In this document: one piece after another, positions 1-9,900 of the stretch | How the letters are laid out: each line of letters begins with the position of its first letter | Position numbering within the stretch: the first letter of the stretch is position 1 | IMG/VR virus record: IMGVR_UViG_2744054987_000003 | Location: 64,001 to 128,000 of that record | Source of the DNA: a virus | Taxonomy: Duplodnaviria > Caudoviricetes | DNA length: 64,000 nt | Direction: 5' to 3' (one strand) | The notes under the pieces: model-generated | What the model saw: only the letters and a program-made list of their open reading frames with translations | Database searches by the model: none | Told to the model about the DNA's origin: nothing | Position numbers and translations under genes: made by a program

Positions 1-968
1 GGGATGGCTATCGTCGTGTCGGTGCAGCGGAGGTTGGGTTGAAACTCCAGCGTGCCCCCGGCGTAGCTGCCGTCGGCGGTCGAGCCGAGCGGCACCGAGT
101 CGGCCTGCTTCGTCCAGGGAGTCTTGCCCGGCCTGCGTGCCCACACCCGCGCGCTGGCCGCGCCCGTGTCGGCGTCGATCTCCACTGTGGAGATCATCAG
201 CGAATCACGGTAGGTGGCAGTCGACACCGGGCCGTGGGTGGTGATGTCCAGTGGTGCCATCTCGCCGGGGTCCGCACTCCAGGCCGACTCTCCCACGCCG
301 TAGCGCCAAGTGGGATCGGTGATCTGGCCAGGCGTGTCTGAGGCTGTGCGGTTGACGCCGATGCGACTCCAGTGCTTCTTGCGAAGGTACAGCTGGTTGG
401 TATCGGCTCCTGAACCGATGACGACGATGGAGTCGTTGGTGAGATAGACGCCGCGATGAAACGACACGGACTCTCCGGTCGAAGAGGTCACCGGCTGCAT
501 TGGCTCAGCTTGCGCAGACAGCATCTGAACGCGCTGCGGGTCGTAGCGCAAATGTTGGATCAGTCCGGTATCGCCTGTGGCCGACAGGGCATATAGGTAG
601 GTGGTATCGCGACTGCATGCCGCGACCAGTGTGCCGCTGGCGTGGGGGATGGCGTACGACTGTCCGATCATGGTGCTGTAGCCTGCGCTGTCGATTTGTG
701 TCCAGCCGGGCGTGGCGTCTTCGGTGTAGGTGCTGTAGCTGCCGACGTCAGAAGCTGACAGCGTGGCGTCATGCCAACGTCGGGAGAACAGCATCACGAA
801 CACACCGGGCCGTGTGGGATGGAAGTGCACTGGCTGCGCCGCAGCGAAGTTGTCCAGGTCGTAGATGCTGCCCGCCGACAGATCGTCGGTGGATCTGTTG
901 GTGGTGATGACCGAAATGCCGTCAGCGTCGAGCGCCTCCGCTGGGCGGGGCGTACGGACGGTGCCCAT
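1..968 (-). CDS. hypothetical protein, possibly virion/minor tail type (partial, runs off left edge)
   Basis: Not in the ORF track because it has no stop in the window. ATG at 968 overlaps the upstream TGA. The frame MGTVRTPRPAEALDADG...GTLEFQPNLRCTDTTIAIP stays open to position 1. Confidence 0.7.
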   Translation of the reverse strand, partial: MGTVRTPRPAEALDADGISVITTNRSTDDLSAGSIYDLDNFAAAQPVHFHPTRPGVFVMLFSRRWHDATLSASDVGSYSTYTEDATPGWTQIDSAGYSTMIGQSYAIPHASGTLVAACSRDTTYLYALSATGDTGLIQHLRYDPQRVQMLSAQAEPMQPVTSSTGESVSFHRGVYLTNDSIVVIGSGADTNQLYLRKKHWSRIGVNRTASDTPGQITDPTWRYGVGESAWSADPGEMAPLDITTHGPVSTATYRDSLMISTVEIDADTGAASARVWARRPGKTPWTKQADSVPLGSTADGSYAGGTLEFQPNLRCTDTTIAI

Positions 969-1069
969 CAGAAGCCGTGCTTTTCGAGCAGTGCACGCAG
1001 ATCATGCGCAACAGCTGGCAGATGGTCGGGCTGATCCAACTCTGCGATGTAACCGCGCAGTTCTGACAT
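968..1069 (-). CDS. small hypothetical protein (33 aa)
   Basis: MSELRGYIAELDQPDHLPAVAHDLRALLEKHGF fills the gap and is coupled (TGATG) to the next gene. Confidence 0.4.
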   Translation of the reverse strand: MSELRGYIAELDQPDHLPAVAHDLRALLEKHGF

Positions 1070-1121
1070 GAAGTTGTCGCGGTGGTGCAGCTGAAACTTT
1101 GGGGGAGTGAAAGACCCACGC

Positions 1122-1817
1122 TTAGTACTCATCGTCGTCATCGTCCTCGTCGTCGAAGTCCGGCTCGTCGGTGGTGACCTCGCTGACCTCTGCCTCGATG
1201 ACAGTGCCGGGCGCGGCGTCGATGCGTGCGAGCATCGCTGGTATTTGTTCTTGAGGAACGAACTCTTGCACCGCTGCAATGATGCGGTTCTGGCGAGCGA
1301 TCAGCTCAGCGATCTGCTGCGAGCCAGCGTCTTTGCGAGTCATCTCGTGCAGTTGTACTGCCGCTTTGGCCCCGACGTCGAACGGGACGACGGTGTTCTC
1401 GTCGATGAGGTTCGACCAGCCTTTGAGCATCACCACTTCCAGGTAGCTCATGGCATTGACGGCTGCACCGGTGCGCTCGACGACGTCGGGATCGTTGTCG
1501 ATGGCGCGCTGCTGCACGATGCTCTCGTAGATCATGCCTGCCGCGCGAGAGGTATCGAAGTGCTTCTGCTGGTGCAGTCGCAGGTTGTGGTAGGTGATCT
1601 TGTCGTTGCCCTCGCGCTCGACATTGACTGTGCTGTCGAGGATTTCCATGATAGAGGGACGAGTCAATCCCATGCCAAGAAGCTTGTTGACGAACTGGCG
1701 CAGCCCTTCGTCCTTGCACACCTTACAGCGAGGCTCAATGTGCTTGATCTTGGCAAGCTCGGCCCGGACTTCCTTTTGCAGTTCGGGGTCAAGTTCGTCG
1801 CTGGTAATGGTGCTCAG
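1122..1817 (-). CDS. hypothetical protein with N-terminal CxxC and acidic tail, possibly terminase small subunit-like; probable CTG start
   Basis: Track ORF 1122-1721 extends in frame to CTG at 1817, which overlaps the upstream TGA and restores EPRCKVC. The function is a guess. Confidence 0.65.
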   Translation of the reverse strand: MSTITSDELDPELQKEVRAELAKIKHIEPRCKVCKDEGLRQFVNKLLGMGLTRPSIMEILDSTVNVEREGNDKITYHNLRLHQQKHFDTSRAAGMIYESIVQQRAIDNDPDVVERTGAAVNAMSYLEVVMLKGWSNLIDENTVVPFDVGAKAAVQLHEMTRKDAGSQQIAELIARQNRIIAAVQEFVPQEQIPAMLARIDAAPGTVIEAEVSEVTTDEPDFDDEDDDDDEY

Positions 1818-2056
1818 TCCTCACTGTGGCCGCTGCTGCGTTTGCCTGGTCGGGTGCCCGCCAGGGGATTGTGTACGCGGTTGTAGATCCCGCAAACCAA
1901 TGACGAGTCCGCCACGCCAAGGTGGTTGCCGATCTCGCGTTCCTGACGCAGCTTCATCTGGTCGTTGGACAGCCAGCTACTGCCCGGTGCCCGCCGCCCC
2001 AGCCACTTGGCTGCTTCTTCTTCCAGCTTGTAGTCCAAGCCGCTCTTGAGCGGCAT
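1814..2056 (-). CDS. hypothetical protein
   Basis: MPLKSGLDYKLEEE...; packed between neighbouring minus-strand genes. Confidence 0.65.
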   Translation of the reverse strand: MPLKSGLDYKLEEEAAKWLGRRAPGSSWLSNDQMKLRQEREIGNHLGVADSSLVCGIYNRVHNPLAGTRPGKRSSGHSED

Positions 2057-2060
2057 GGGC

Positions 2061-2609
2061 TTATCCTTGGCTGCCACTTCGCACCGCCGGAGTGTCGGAC
2101 ACAGTCTTGGTGGACTCAATCAGCTGATCCGTTTGAGACAGAGCGTCTTTGAGGTCGTCCATCTTGGCAAGCAACTCCTGCCTAGCTGCCTGCGCTGCCT
2201 TGGCAACGTGGCCTTGCAGAATGGGGTGAAGACTCATAAATATCCTCCAGTGGTCGGCTACTGCTGCACGCACGTGGTCGTACGTGTCTACGAGCTTTTG
2301 CAATGCAGCGGCATAGGCGGACTGCAATTCGTCTGGACTAGAGAAGATGTCTTGGCCCCCGGCGGCGAAACCTGACTCTGCGTCATGGCCGTCGATACCC
2401 ATGAGGTCAAAAGCCGCCGTGCTGTGCTCGTCAAGTGTCCCTAACGTGTTGAGGAGATCGTAATAGCCGAACTCCTCGCCGTCGTAGATCAGCACATCGG
2501 AGGCAGTGCCCAACACGATCTGTTCACGCCACTGAGTGATGTGCAGATAGAGCTGACGAAAAATATCGACGCGCGTGGCAGGCGGCTCCGGCAGGGACTT
2601 GGGCGGCAT
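2061..2609 (-). CDS. hypothetical protein, weakly sigma-70 region 4/HTH-like, with C-terminal coiled coil
   Basis: 182-aa ORF; the YDLLNTLGTL..STAAFDLMG segment loosely resembles sigma region 4. Confidence 0.55.
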   Translation of the reverse strand: MPPKSLPEPPATRVDIFRQLYLHITQWREQIVLGTASDVLIYDGEEFGYYDLLNTLGTLDEHSTAAFDLMGIDGHDAESGFAAGGQDIFSSPDELQSAYAAALQKLVDTYDHVRAAVADHWRIFMSLHPILQGHVAKAAQAARQELLAKMDDLKDALSQTDQLIESTKTVSDTPAVRSGSQG

Positions 2610-2611
2610 GG

Positions 2612-3292
2612 CTACTGACTTCTGGTCTGTCGATAGCGGACATTCTCCAACCGCCTGATGAACTGCTGGACCTCCTTGTGGAACGAATCCGCCGCAGAGT
2701 ACAGGCAGTAACGAAAGTAGGCGTGATAACGGTCAATTCGGCTGGCCTGGTTCGACCGGGCAGTGCGGTCACCCTGGGTGCCCTCGATGCTGCTGAACCA
2801 GGCGTCGTCGTGAGTGTCGCGAGAGACGTGGTGTGCGTAGACGGCTTCGCGCATCAGTTCATCGATTCGCGGCGCGATCTCCAACATGAGCCGTTGCAGT
2901 CGCAGGATGGCGGTCTCGATGTCTTGGCCGGTCAGCTGCGAGATGTCTTCGACAGGGTGATCATGCTCATCGAGTTTCCAGACGATTCGTCCGCTTGAGT
3001 CGATCCTGGTTGTGCCGTGCTCGGTGACGTCAGGAACTCTCATGCTGGCGTAGAAGTCATCGATGACGGCGATGACGTCGCCATACAGCTCGAAGAACAC
3101 ACTGTTGGCTGCCGCGCTGACCCGGTCGAGAATCGCCTTGTCCTGCGCGCCCCAGGCGAATCGGATCTTGGTGAAAATACCGATGCGTTCTTGGGCTAGC
3201 ACGTCCTGCGGGAGCTGTTCGTCGATGGGAGCAACGAACTCGTCGCCCATCTCACTGACCACCTTCTCGGCCAGATCGCCCAGCATCGTCAC
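2612..3292 (-). CDS. hypothetical phage protein (helical)
   Basis: 226-aa ORF with upstream GGAAAGGA RBS-like sequence. Confidence 0.75.
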   Translation of the reverse strand: MTMLGDLAEKVVSEMGDEFVAPIDEQLPQDVLAQERIGIFTKIRFAWGAQDKAILDRVSAAANSVFFELYGDVIAVIDDFYASMRVPDVTEHGTTRIDSSGRIVWKLDEHDHPVEDISQLTGQDIETAILRLQRLMLEIAPRIDELMREAVYAHHVSRDTHDDAWFSSIEGTQGDRTARSNQASRIDRYHAYFRYCLYSAADSFHKEVQQFIRRLENVRYRQTRSQ

Positions 3293-3359
3293 TCGGAGAC
3301 TAGTCCTTTCCTAGACACTGATGCAGCACATGCCATAATAACATAAGAGTAATTGGCAT

Positions 3360-3731
3360 TTACGAAGTTTGACGCCACCCTGGATCTTGTGCCGCACGGA
3401 GTATGTTCAGTAAGTCTCCAAGCGTCGTCACGACGTACTGCTGATCGGGCGCACCCTTGCCGTGGCGCTTCTTCACCAGGACTCCCGCCAGCGCACCGGC
3501 GTTGAGCGCCTCACGCTGCGCCTCGCCGAGAGCGCCGGACAGATCAGCGGCCTTGACGTTCTTGCACTCGATGACGACCTCATGGTCGTGGATGTAGAAG
3601 TTGGCAATGTCGCCCTGGTCATGCGCGCCGGTCTTGACCCTGCGATCGATGTAACGACTCCAGTTGTCTTTGAGGTAGTCCGCGATCGAGCGCTCAAACG
3701 TCGCGCCCTTCTTACCGTTGGGGTTAGCCAT
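3360..3731 (-). CDS. Holliday junction resolvase (PD-(D/E)XK)
   Basis: MANPNGKKGATFERSIADYL...DQGDI...VIECKN motifs of phage Hjc-like resolvases. Confidence 0.8.
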   Translation of the reverse strand: MANPNGKKGATFERSIADYLKDNWSRYIDRRVKTGAHDQGDIANFYIHDHEVVIECKNVKAADLSGALGEAQREALNAGALAGVLVKKRHGKGAPDQQYVVTTLGDLLNILRAAQDPGWRQTS

Positions 3732-3937
3732 CAGGGGCACTCTCCTGTGTGTATTAGCCAGCACTCGGTACACGGCTTCTCATCAGTGGACGCCAGCTCG
3801 GGGCAGTCGACGTGCACGACCTCATCGTCCTCGTCGTATCGGGCCTGGTCTCCAGGCTGGATGTCGATGCCGCAGTTGGCGCACTCACTGGTGTAGCGTG
3901 CGGCGAACGTCGGGATGTGGCTGAAGCCGATCTTCAT
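3731..3937 (-). CDS. small Zn-binding protein
   Basis: CxxC...HxxC and CxxC...HxxxC motifs; overlaps both neighbours. Confidence 0.7.
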   Translation of the reverse strand: MKIGFSHIPTFAARYTSECANCGIDIQPGDQARYDEDDEVVHVDCPELASTDEKPCTECWLIHTGECP

Positions 3938-4707
3938 GTTTTGTCCTTAAGCCAGCAGGCGTATCGCATTCTGCAACTGCGCATTTCCTTGGAGTTGTAC
4001 GCGCAGCACAGCGGCGGGGGAGTCTCGGTAGCCACGGCTTCGCGTACCTGGTCGAACTTGGCGTAAATCTCCCTCAACAGTTCATCGTTGCGGGGAACCC
4101 GAATCTCACGCAGTCGGTAGGGCCAACCGCTCTCCATCATGATGACGATGCCGTAGGTGAAGTCGGTGTCGTAGCGCTCGCCGAGGTTATCGCAAGCCAG
4201 CGACACCTGCGCTTCCCAGCTGGGCATGTCGGCCAGGGTGGTTTCGTCGAACTTGCGCGAAGTGCGAGTCTTCAATTCCAGCAGGACCGGCCCCTCGGTG
4301 GGGTGGTGCGCCACGGCGTCGGCCCGGCCGCGCACATGGTGCTCGACGTTGATGTATTCGACTTCGGTGTCGTCCTTGGTGAGAAGCTCTGCCATCTCCA
4401 TCTGCGTCTGCACGACCCCATGGACCGCAGTGCCCACCGACAGCGTCATCTCTCGCTGGATGCTGAACGGCTCCTCCTCGACGAGGTGGCGCGTCTTGGG
4501 GTTGAACAGATAGTAGAGCTGGCGTGCTGTCATCAAAGGATGCGTGCTGGGGTGGAAGTATCCATCGCCCTTGCCGTAGTACTCACCGCTGTCAATCGTG
4601 ATCTGATAGCTCTTGGGCCATCTGTCTGCGCGCATCTGGTTTTCGAGGATGGGCAGGATGAGTTCTTTTGACTCAAGGCTTTTGAGGATGTTGTCCCACG
4701 CAGGCAC
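3934..4707 (-). CDS. Cas4-like / RecB-family exonuclease
   Basis: GTAVH, E, GRADA and ELKT catalytic motifs, Q-x-x-x-A and C-terminal cysteines (CC...CRMRYAC). Confidence 0.8.
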   Translation of the reverse strand: MPAWDNILKSLESKELILPILENQMRADRWPKSYQITIDSGEYYGKGDGYFHPSTHPLMTARQLYYLFNPKTRHLVEEEPFSIQREMTLSVGTAVHGVVQTQMEMAELLTKDDTEVEYINVEHHVRGRADAVAHHPTEGPVLLELKTRTSRKFDETTLADMPSWEAQVSLACDNLGERYDTDFTYGIVIMMESGWPYRLREIRVPRNDELLREIYAKFDQVREAVATETPPPLCCAYNSKEMRSCRMRYACWLKDKT

Positions 4708-4940
4708 TACTTGGACCTCGCTTCCGTGGCCTCTGCCATGGTGTCGTAGTACTCAAGGTGGTACCCCGGATGAACAGTCAGCGAGATATTTCCGGCGACC
4801 CCCAGGCGTGCTACCAAATCGCCGTCGTCGGTGAAGATGTCCACCTCGTGCGCCATCATTTTGCCTGACTTACGAAAGCTGTCCGGCAGGTCAACGAGCG
4901 TGGTGAACTCGTGCCCCGGAAACAGCGTGTCATCGCGCAT
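4707..4940 (-). CDS. hypothetical protein
   Basis: 77-aa ORF overlapping both neighbours by 1 nt. Confidence 0.7.
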   Translation of the reverse strand: MRDDTLFPGHEFTTLVDLPDSFRKSGKMMAHEVDIFTDDGDLVARLGVAGNISLTVHPGYHLEYYDTMAEATEARSK

Positions 4941-5329
4941 CAGACATTGCCTCTCGCCATTTCTACCAACTCCACAAAATCATCGAGACCGACCACCACA
5001 ACGTCGGTGGGCTTAGCCTCGCCTCGCGGCCACATGCGGATGGGCATGATGAAACGCTTACCTGCCTCAGCGGCTTTGGCCTGCCACTGATTCCAGAACT
5101 TTCGTCCGATGCTGTAGCTGATCTTCTCGGTGAGCTTGGCGTCGAGCAGCAAGGCGAACGAGCTGTCCTGGGGATGACTGTTGTCCACGGCATCGCCGGG
5201 GGCCTGCCACCGCGCGCCGGAGGCCGGAGTGGAGTCCAGGCCAAGACGTTCTTGGAGGTCGCGCTCCCACTGCTCCCACGTGGGTATCCTGATCGTCACT
5301 CCTGAACCCCCAGGGGGCCGGGCTGCCAT
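4940..5329 (-). CDS. PD-(D/E)XK nuclease, resolvase-like
   Basis: E...ASGA...GD...LLDAK(L)T motifs. Confidence 0.7.
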   Translation of the reverse strand: MAARPPGGSGVTIRIPTWEQWERDLQERLGLDSTPASGARWQAPGDAVDNSHPQDSSFALLLDAKLTEKISYSIGRKFWNQWQAKAAEAGKRFIMPIRMWPRGEAKPTDVVVVGLDDFVELVEMARGNV

Positions 5330-5502
5330 TCCTTGATCTCAGCAAGTGACTCCGAAGCCAGGTCAAGGTGCCGCAATGCGGCGTTAGCCGAGCGTGGCAG
5401 ATCCAAGTTGCGTGCTAGTCGCTGAAGTCGTGGTCGCAAACGGACCAGCTCACGCACCAGCTCAGCTGCCTCGGCATCGCGGTTGTACGGGAGCCTAGTC
5501 AT
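5296..5502 (-). CDS. hypothetical protein
   Basis: MTRLPYNRDAEAAELVREL...; internal ATG of track ORF 5296-5730. Confidence 0.6.
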   Translation of the reverse strand: MTRLPYNRDAEAAELVRELVRLRPRLQRLARNLDLPRSANAALRHLDLASESLAEIKEWQPGPLGVQE

Positions 5503-5788
5503 TCGGCACCTTTCCGCTGCCTTTGCAATGCGAACAGTCACGGGTGTTGTTGAGGAGGTCTTCGATGCGGGCCAGAGGAGGACGACGCGGATCGTATGGG
5601 GGAGCCACGACGATGCCTGACCAGTGAAGGTCTCCTTTGCGCAGGCTGACCCACCAGGCCATAGCCAGGGGATCGTAGCCCTGGTTCGCGAGTTCTGTCG
5701 GCGACAGTTTTTCGGCCCACTCGATCTCATTGAATCGGACGCCGGTCCAGTAGACGATCTCTTTGTACTGGGTGGGGACGCTACTCAT
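5495..5788 (-). CDS. hypothetical protein with C-terminal CxxCxGxG
   Basis: MSSVPTQYKEIVYW...CSHCKGSGKV; start overlaps the end of recA. Confidence 0.6.
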   Translation of the reverse strand: MSSVPTQYKEIVYWTGVRFNEIEWAEKLSPTELANQGYDPLAMAWWVSLRKGDLHWSGIVVAPPYDPRRPPLARIEDLLNNTRDCSHCKGSGKVPND

Positions 5789-6899
5789 CGGCAGCCTCTT
5801 TGAAGACGTTGCCGTAGCCAGCCGAAGGCTCGTCGGGGATGTCGGTGTCAGGATCGCTGATGGGCGCGACCTGATCGGCAACGTCGCCCAGTCGGGCCAT
5901 GACTTCACTGCGCAGCGTGGCGAACAGACTGTCGTCGTCGCGGATCGTGTCTTGCAATCGATCTTTCGACTGGATCTTGCCGTCCGGCAGCGCCGGATGG
6001 AAATACCAGGCTCCCTTGCGTTCAATGACGTTGGTCAGCAGCGACAGACGCACGATCTCATCCATGGTGTCAATGCCGAAGGCGTACCTGTCAGTCGGGA
6101 TATTGAAGAACCACCAGCTGGCAGTGCGTCCAGGCGGCGCGCAGCCGTTTTTGATGACCTTGCCTTTGATTTCCTGACCGACCTGAACATCCTCGCCGTT
6201 GATCTTGTCGTGGACTTTGCCCTGGCCTCGCTTGAGCACGACCGACTGCGTGACAGCATGCTTCCAGGCCATGCCGCCAGGCCGGATGGTGCGATGCAGT
6301 CCAGCCATATCCTCACGGACCTGATTGACGCCAATTGTCAAGCAATTGAAGACATTACTGTGGCTCGCAGCCAGACGTGCAAAGCGCCCCACTCCAATGG
6401 CATTGCCGCCCATGACGCCGATCTCAGCTGACTTGTTGACTGCCTGCATACTTGGCGCACCACCGATGGAATCAAGCACCGCGATGCACACCGTGCCCGT
6501 GGAAACCGCCGAAACATACATGTCCGAGGCGGACTCGATGTGCAGCGGCTGCATCAAAACGATGCGATCCATCAACTCCTCACCGATCATCTGCGCGGCC
6601 CACGTCATGTCGATCTTGTGCTCCAAGTCGAGGTAGACCGCGCATCGATCAGGCTGCGCCAGTAGGAAGGTGCGCACCGTAAGCATGGCAAGGGTGCTCT
6701 TGCCGACGTGTTCTCCTCCGGCAATCTCCACCACGCGATTGGTCGGCCAGCCGCCGTTGCCTAGTGCGAAGTCCAGCGCCAGCGAGCCGGATGACTCAAA
6801 GCTACGAGAGTCTTGAAGGTCTGATGCCATGCCGATCTTGGCATCATCGCCGAACTGCTTCTTGAGTCCAGCCAGCAGCTTATCTGCGGTAGCAGTCAT
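5781..6899 (-). CDS. recA: RecA-like recombinase
   Basis: SGSLALDFALGNGGWP, Walker A GGEHVGKST, Walker B VLDS, NQVRE, PGG.AWKH. Confidence 0.95.
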   Translation of the reverse strand: MTATADKLLAGLKKQFGDDAKIGMASDLQDSRSFESSGSLALDFALGNGGWPTNRVVEIAGGEHVGKSTLAMLTVRTFLLAQPDRCAVYLDLEHKIDMTWAAQMIGEELMDRIVLMQPLHIESASDMYVSAVSTGTVCIAVLDSIGGAPSMQAVNKSAEIGVMGGNAIGVGRFARLAASHSNVFNCLTIGVNQVREDMAGLHRTIRPGGMAWKHAVTQSVVLKRGQGKVHDKINGEDVQVGQEIKGKVIKNGCAPPGRTASWWFFNIPTDRYAFGIDTMDEIVRLSLLTNVIERKGAWYFHPALPDGKIQSKDRLQDTIRDDDSLFATLRSEVMARLGDVADQVAPISDPDTDIPDEPSAGYGNVFKEAADE

Positions 6900-6917
6900 T
6901 GCATGTTCTCCCGTACG

Positions 6918-9900
6918 TCAGCTAGCCTGCGCAAACAGTAAATCGAGCCGCTCCAACGATGCCAGATGCACACCGCGTGAGTCGCGGATGCAGGTACAGG
7001 CCACTGGAACGCCTTCCTTGACAAGAGATTTAACTCCCACCCATGTATCGTTAAATATTGTGACGTCGAAATCTGCACCGTTGTAGGTGATTCCGATGAA
7101 CGCCATCTCTTGACCTTTACTGCGCCCGTTTTTGACGATGTGGCGTTTCACCTTGCTGACCTGTCCGCCGACGATCACGATGTCTCCGGTGGTGTAGCTG
7201 TCGATGTCGGAGGGGTCTTTGATGGCCACGGCTTCAATAGCAGGTATGTACGGCTCCATGGGGTCGACCAGGATGAAGTTCCCGGCCAGCTCCTGCTCGA
7301 TGCCGAACACCACGTCGGGATTGGAGAAATCAGGAACTCCGAACTCGGCATCAAACCACTTCCTGCCTTTCTGCTCAAGGCGTTTGGCGTAGAGCATGGC
7401 GATGTGATCTGCACGTTGCTGGTCGTCCATCTTGGCGCGCTTGCCTTCGGCAACGTCCATCCACAGTCGGTAATCGTTGTGCTGCTGCATCAACCGGCTA
7501 CGACAGCCTGGCACCCAGTCGCCGTCGCGGGCGGGATCGTATTCAATCGAGTCGAACGCACCGATGCTGATGAGGTTGCGCACCACTGTCTTGTTGACCG
7601 CCCATCCCGTGGCGCGGTTCAGGTAGTCGGTGAAGTCGGTGTAGGGGCGCGTCTTGAGGATCGCCTTGACCGCAGCGTTGCCGACACTGCGGATCGAGTC
7701 AATGCCGTACCGGATGGCGTCACCATCGATAGTGAACTTCTGGCCGCTCTTGTTGATGTCAGGCGGCAACACCTTGATGCCACGGCGGCGGGCTTCGCGG
7801 ATATAGCGGGTGAGTTGCTTGGCGTCGGTAGCCATGAGCGCGACCAGATATTCCTGCGGGTAGTAGTGCTTGACCCATACCTCCCAAGTGGATAACACTG
7901 CATATCCAACAGCGTGACTTTTATTGAATGCGTACCTTCCGCTGGCATTAATTGATGCCCAAATTTTAGTGATTACCTTGCTGGCCTTTTTGTCGTCGCC
8001 ACCAAGCGGGTCCATGAACGCCGGATTGTTCAGACATCCCTGCCGAAACTTGTCGGCGGTGCCGTCGATCTGCTCCTGGAGCTTCTTGCCCAGCGCCTTA
8101 CGGAGATCGTCGGCCTCGGCCCCGGTGAACCCGGCGAGCGACTGCGCGGCAAACATCAGCTGTTCCTGGTAAACGAGGACGCCGTAGGTCTCGTCGGTGA
8201 TTGGCTCCATCAGTGGGTGGTCATAGATCACCGGTGTTTGTCCGGCGCGACGCAGCAGGTATTCGTCCATGAGTCCTGCGTCCTTGACGCCGGGCCGGAT
8301 GATCGAGATGAGCGCGGCGACGTCGACTTCGTTGCGGGGCTTGAGGACTTCGGCGGTCTTGGAGGCCAGTGGGGATTCGACTTGGAAGATGCCGGTGGTC
8401 TGTCCACGGTCGATCTGATCCCAAATAGCAGGGTCGGACATCTGCTCGTCACCGAAGGTCGAGAAGTCCAGCATGACGCCGTGCCGTTCGTGAATGAGCC
8501 GCCGGGCATGATCGAGAGTGTCGAGATGCCGGATACCCAAGAGGTCGAACTTGCAGCCGCCGAGCGCTTCGATGTCCCACATGTCGAACTGGGTGGTGGT
8601 GACCTCATTGCGGCGGCGCATCGGCACCAGACCTTGCAACGGGGTGCCGTTGATGAGGATGCCGGAGGGATGCACGCCGGATTGACGTGCCAGTCCGATC
8701 ATCTCACCGAGTTTCTCGAACAGCGGCGGGTAGCGCTTGGCCCACGGAGCCAGGTCGCCGCCCTTCTCGGACAACACTTCATCCCAGCTCATGTCATCGA
8801 CGTCGTCGTCATCGCCGACAACCTCACCAGCTGCCTCACGTTCGGCAGCCACCAACGCAGCAGCCTGCTCGACGATCTTGCTCATCGCTTCGATGTCAGC
8901 ATGCGGAATATCCTGGCCGGTGCCGGACCACTCTTTGTACTTGCGCGCTAGGTCTTTGAGCATCCCCTTGGGGCCGTTGCGGCTGACGGTTCCCAGCGTG
9001 CAGACATGATCTGCTCCCCAACGCGCCTCCAGATAACCCTTGAGATCCGGGCGAAGTGACTGCGGGAAGTCGACATCGATGTCGGGCATAGACTTTCGTG
9101 CCGGGTTCATAAACCGCTCGAAGATCAGCCCGTAGCGGATGGGGTCGACGGTGGTGATGCCCAGCAGATAGGAGATCAGGCATCCGCCCGCGCTGCCACG
9201 GCTGGGGCCGGTGATCATGGGGTGCGATGGAGCACCGGGGTCCACGTAGTGCTTCCAGCTGCCGTCATGTGCTGCTCGGACGTAGTCCTGCACCACCAGA
9301 AAGTAACCCGCGTAGGAACGCTCCACGATGAGTTGCGCTTCGGTCTCCATACGCTGGTAGTAGGCTTCAGCATCCAGTCCGGCGTCGATCACCTTGGATT
9401 TGAAGCCGGACTCGATGAGCGAGATGAATGCGGCGATGTCGTCGTGGTCTGAACCGGAGTAGGTGGGCAGTTCCAGGGAGGGCTTGACTTCGGCGGTGCA
9501 CGACATGGCGATGTCGTGGGAGTTCTTGATCGCTTCCGCGACAACGTCGTCGGCAACGCCGTGACGGCGCATCCAGTAGTACAGCTCGTCATCACCCATG
9601 AGGTGGTCGGCCTTCTGGCCGTAGTCCTGCTGATCGTTGTTCTTCTTAGTGCCGAGCTGCCACATCAGCTCCTTGTTGACCCAGTCCTCCGGGCGTGCGT
9701 GATGGGAATCGTTGACGACGACCAGCGGAACTCCCAGCTCATTGGCGATGCGTACTTTGGCCTGGTTGATGTCGGTCATCAGCGCGTTGAGTCGGCGTTG
9801 CTCAGTGGTTTGCGCGTCGATGTACTGCCAGGTATGCAACTCCACATAGAAGTTGTCGCCGAAGATGTCGAGCAACGTGGCAACGAACCGACGTGCAGCC

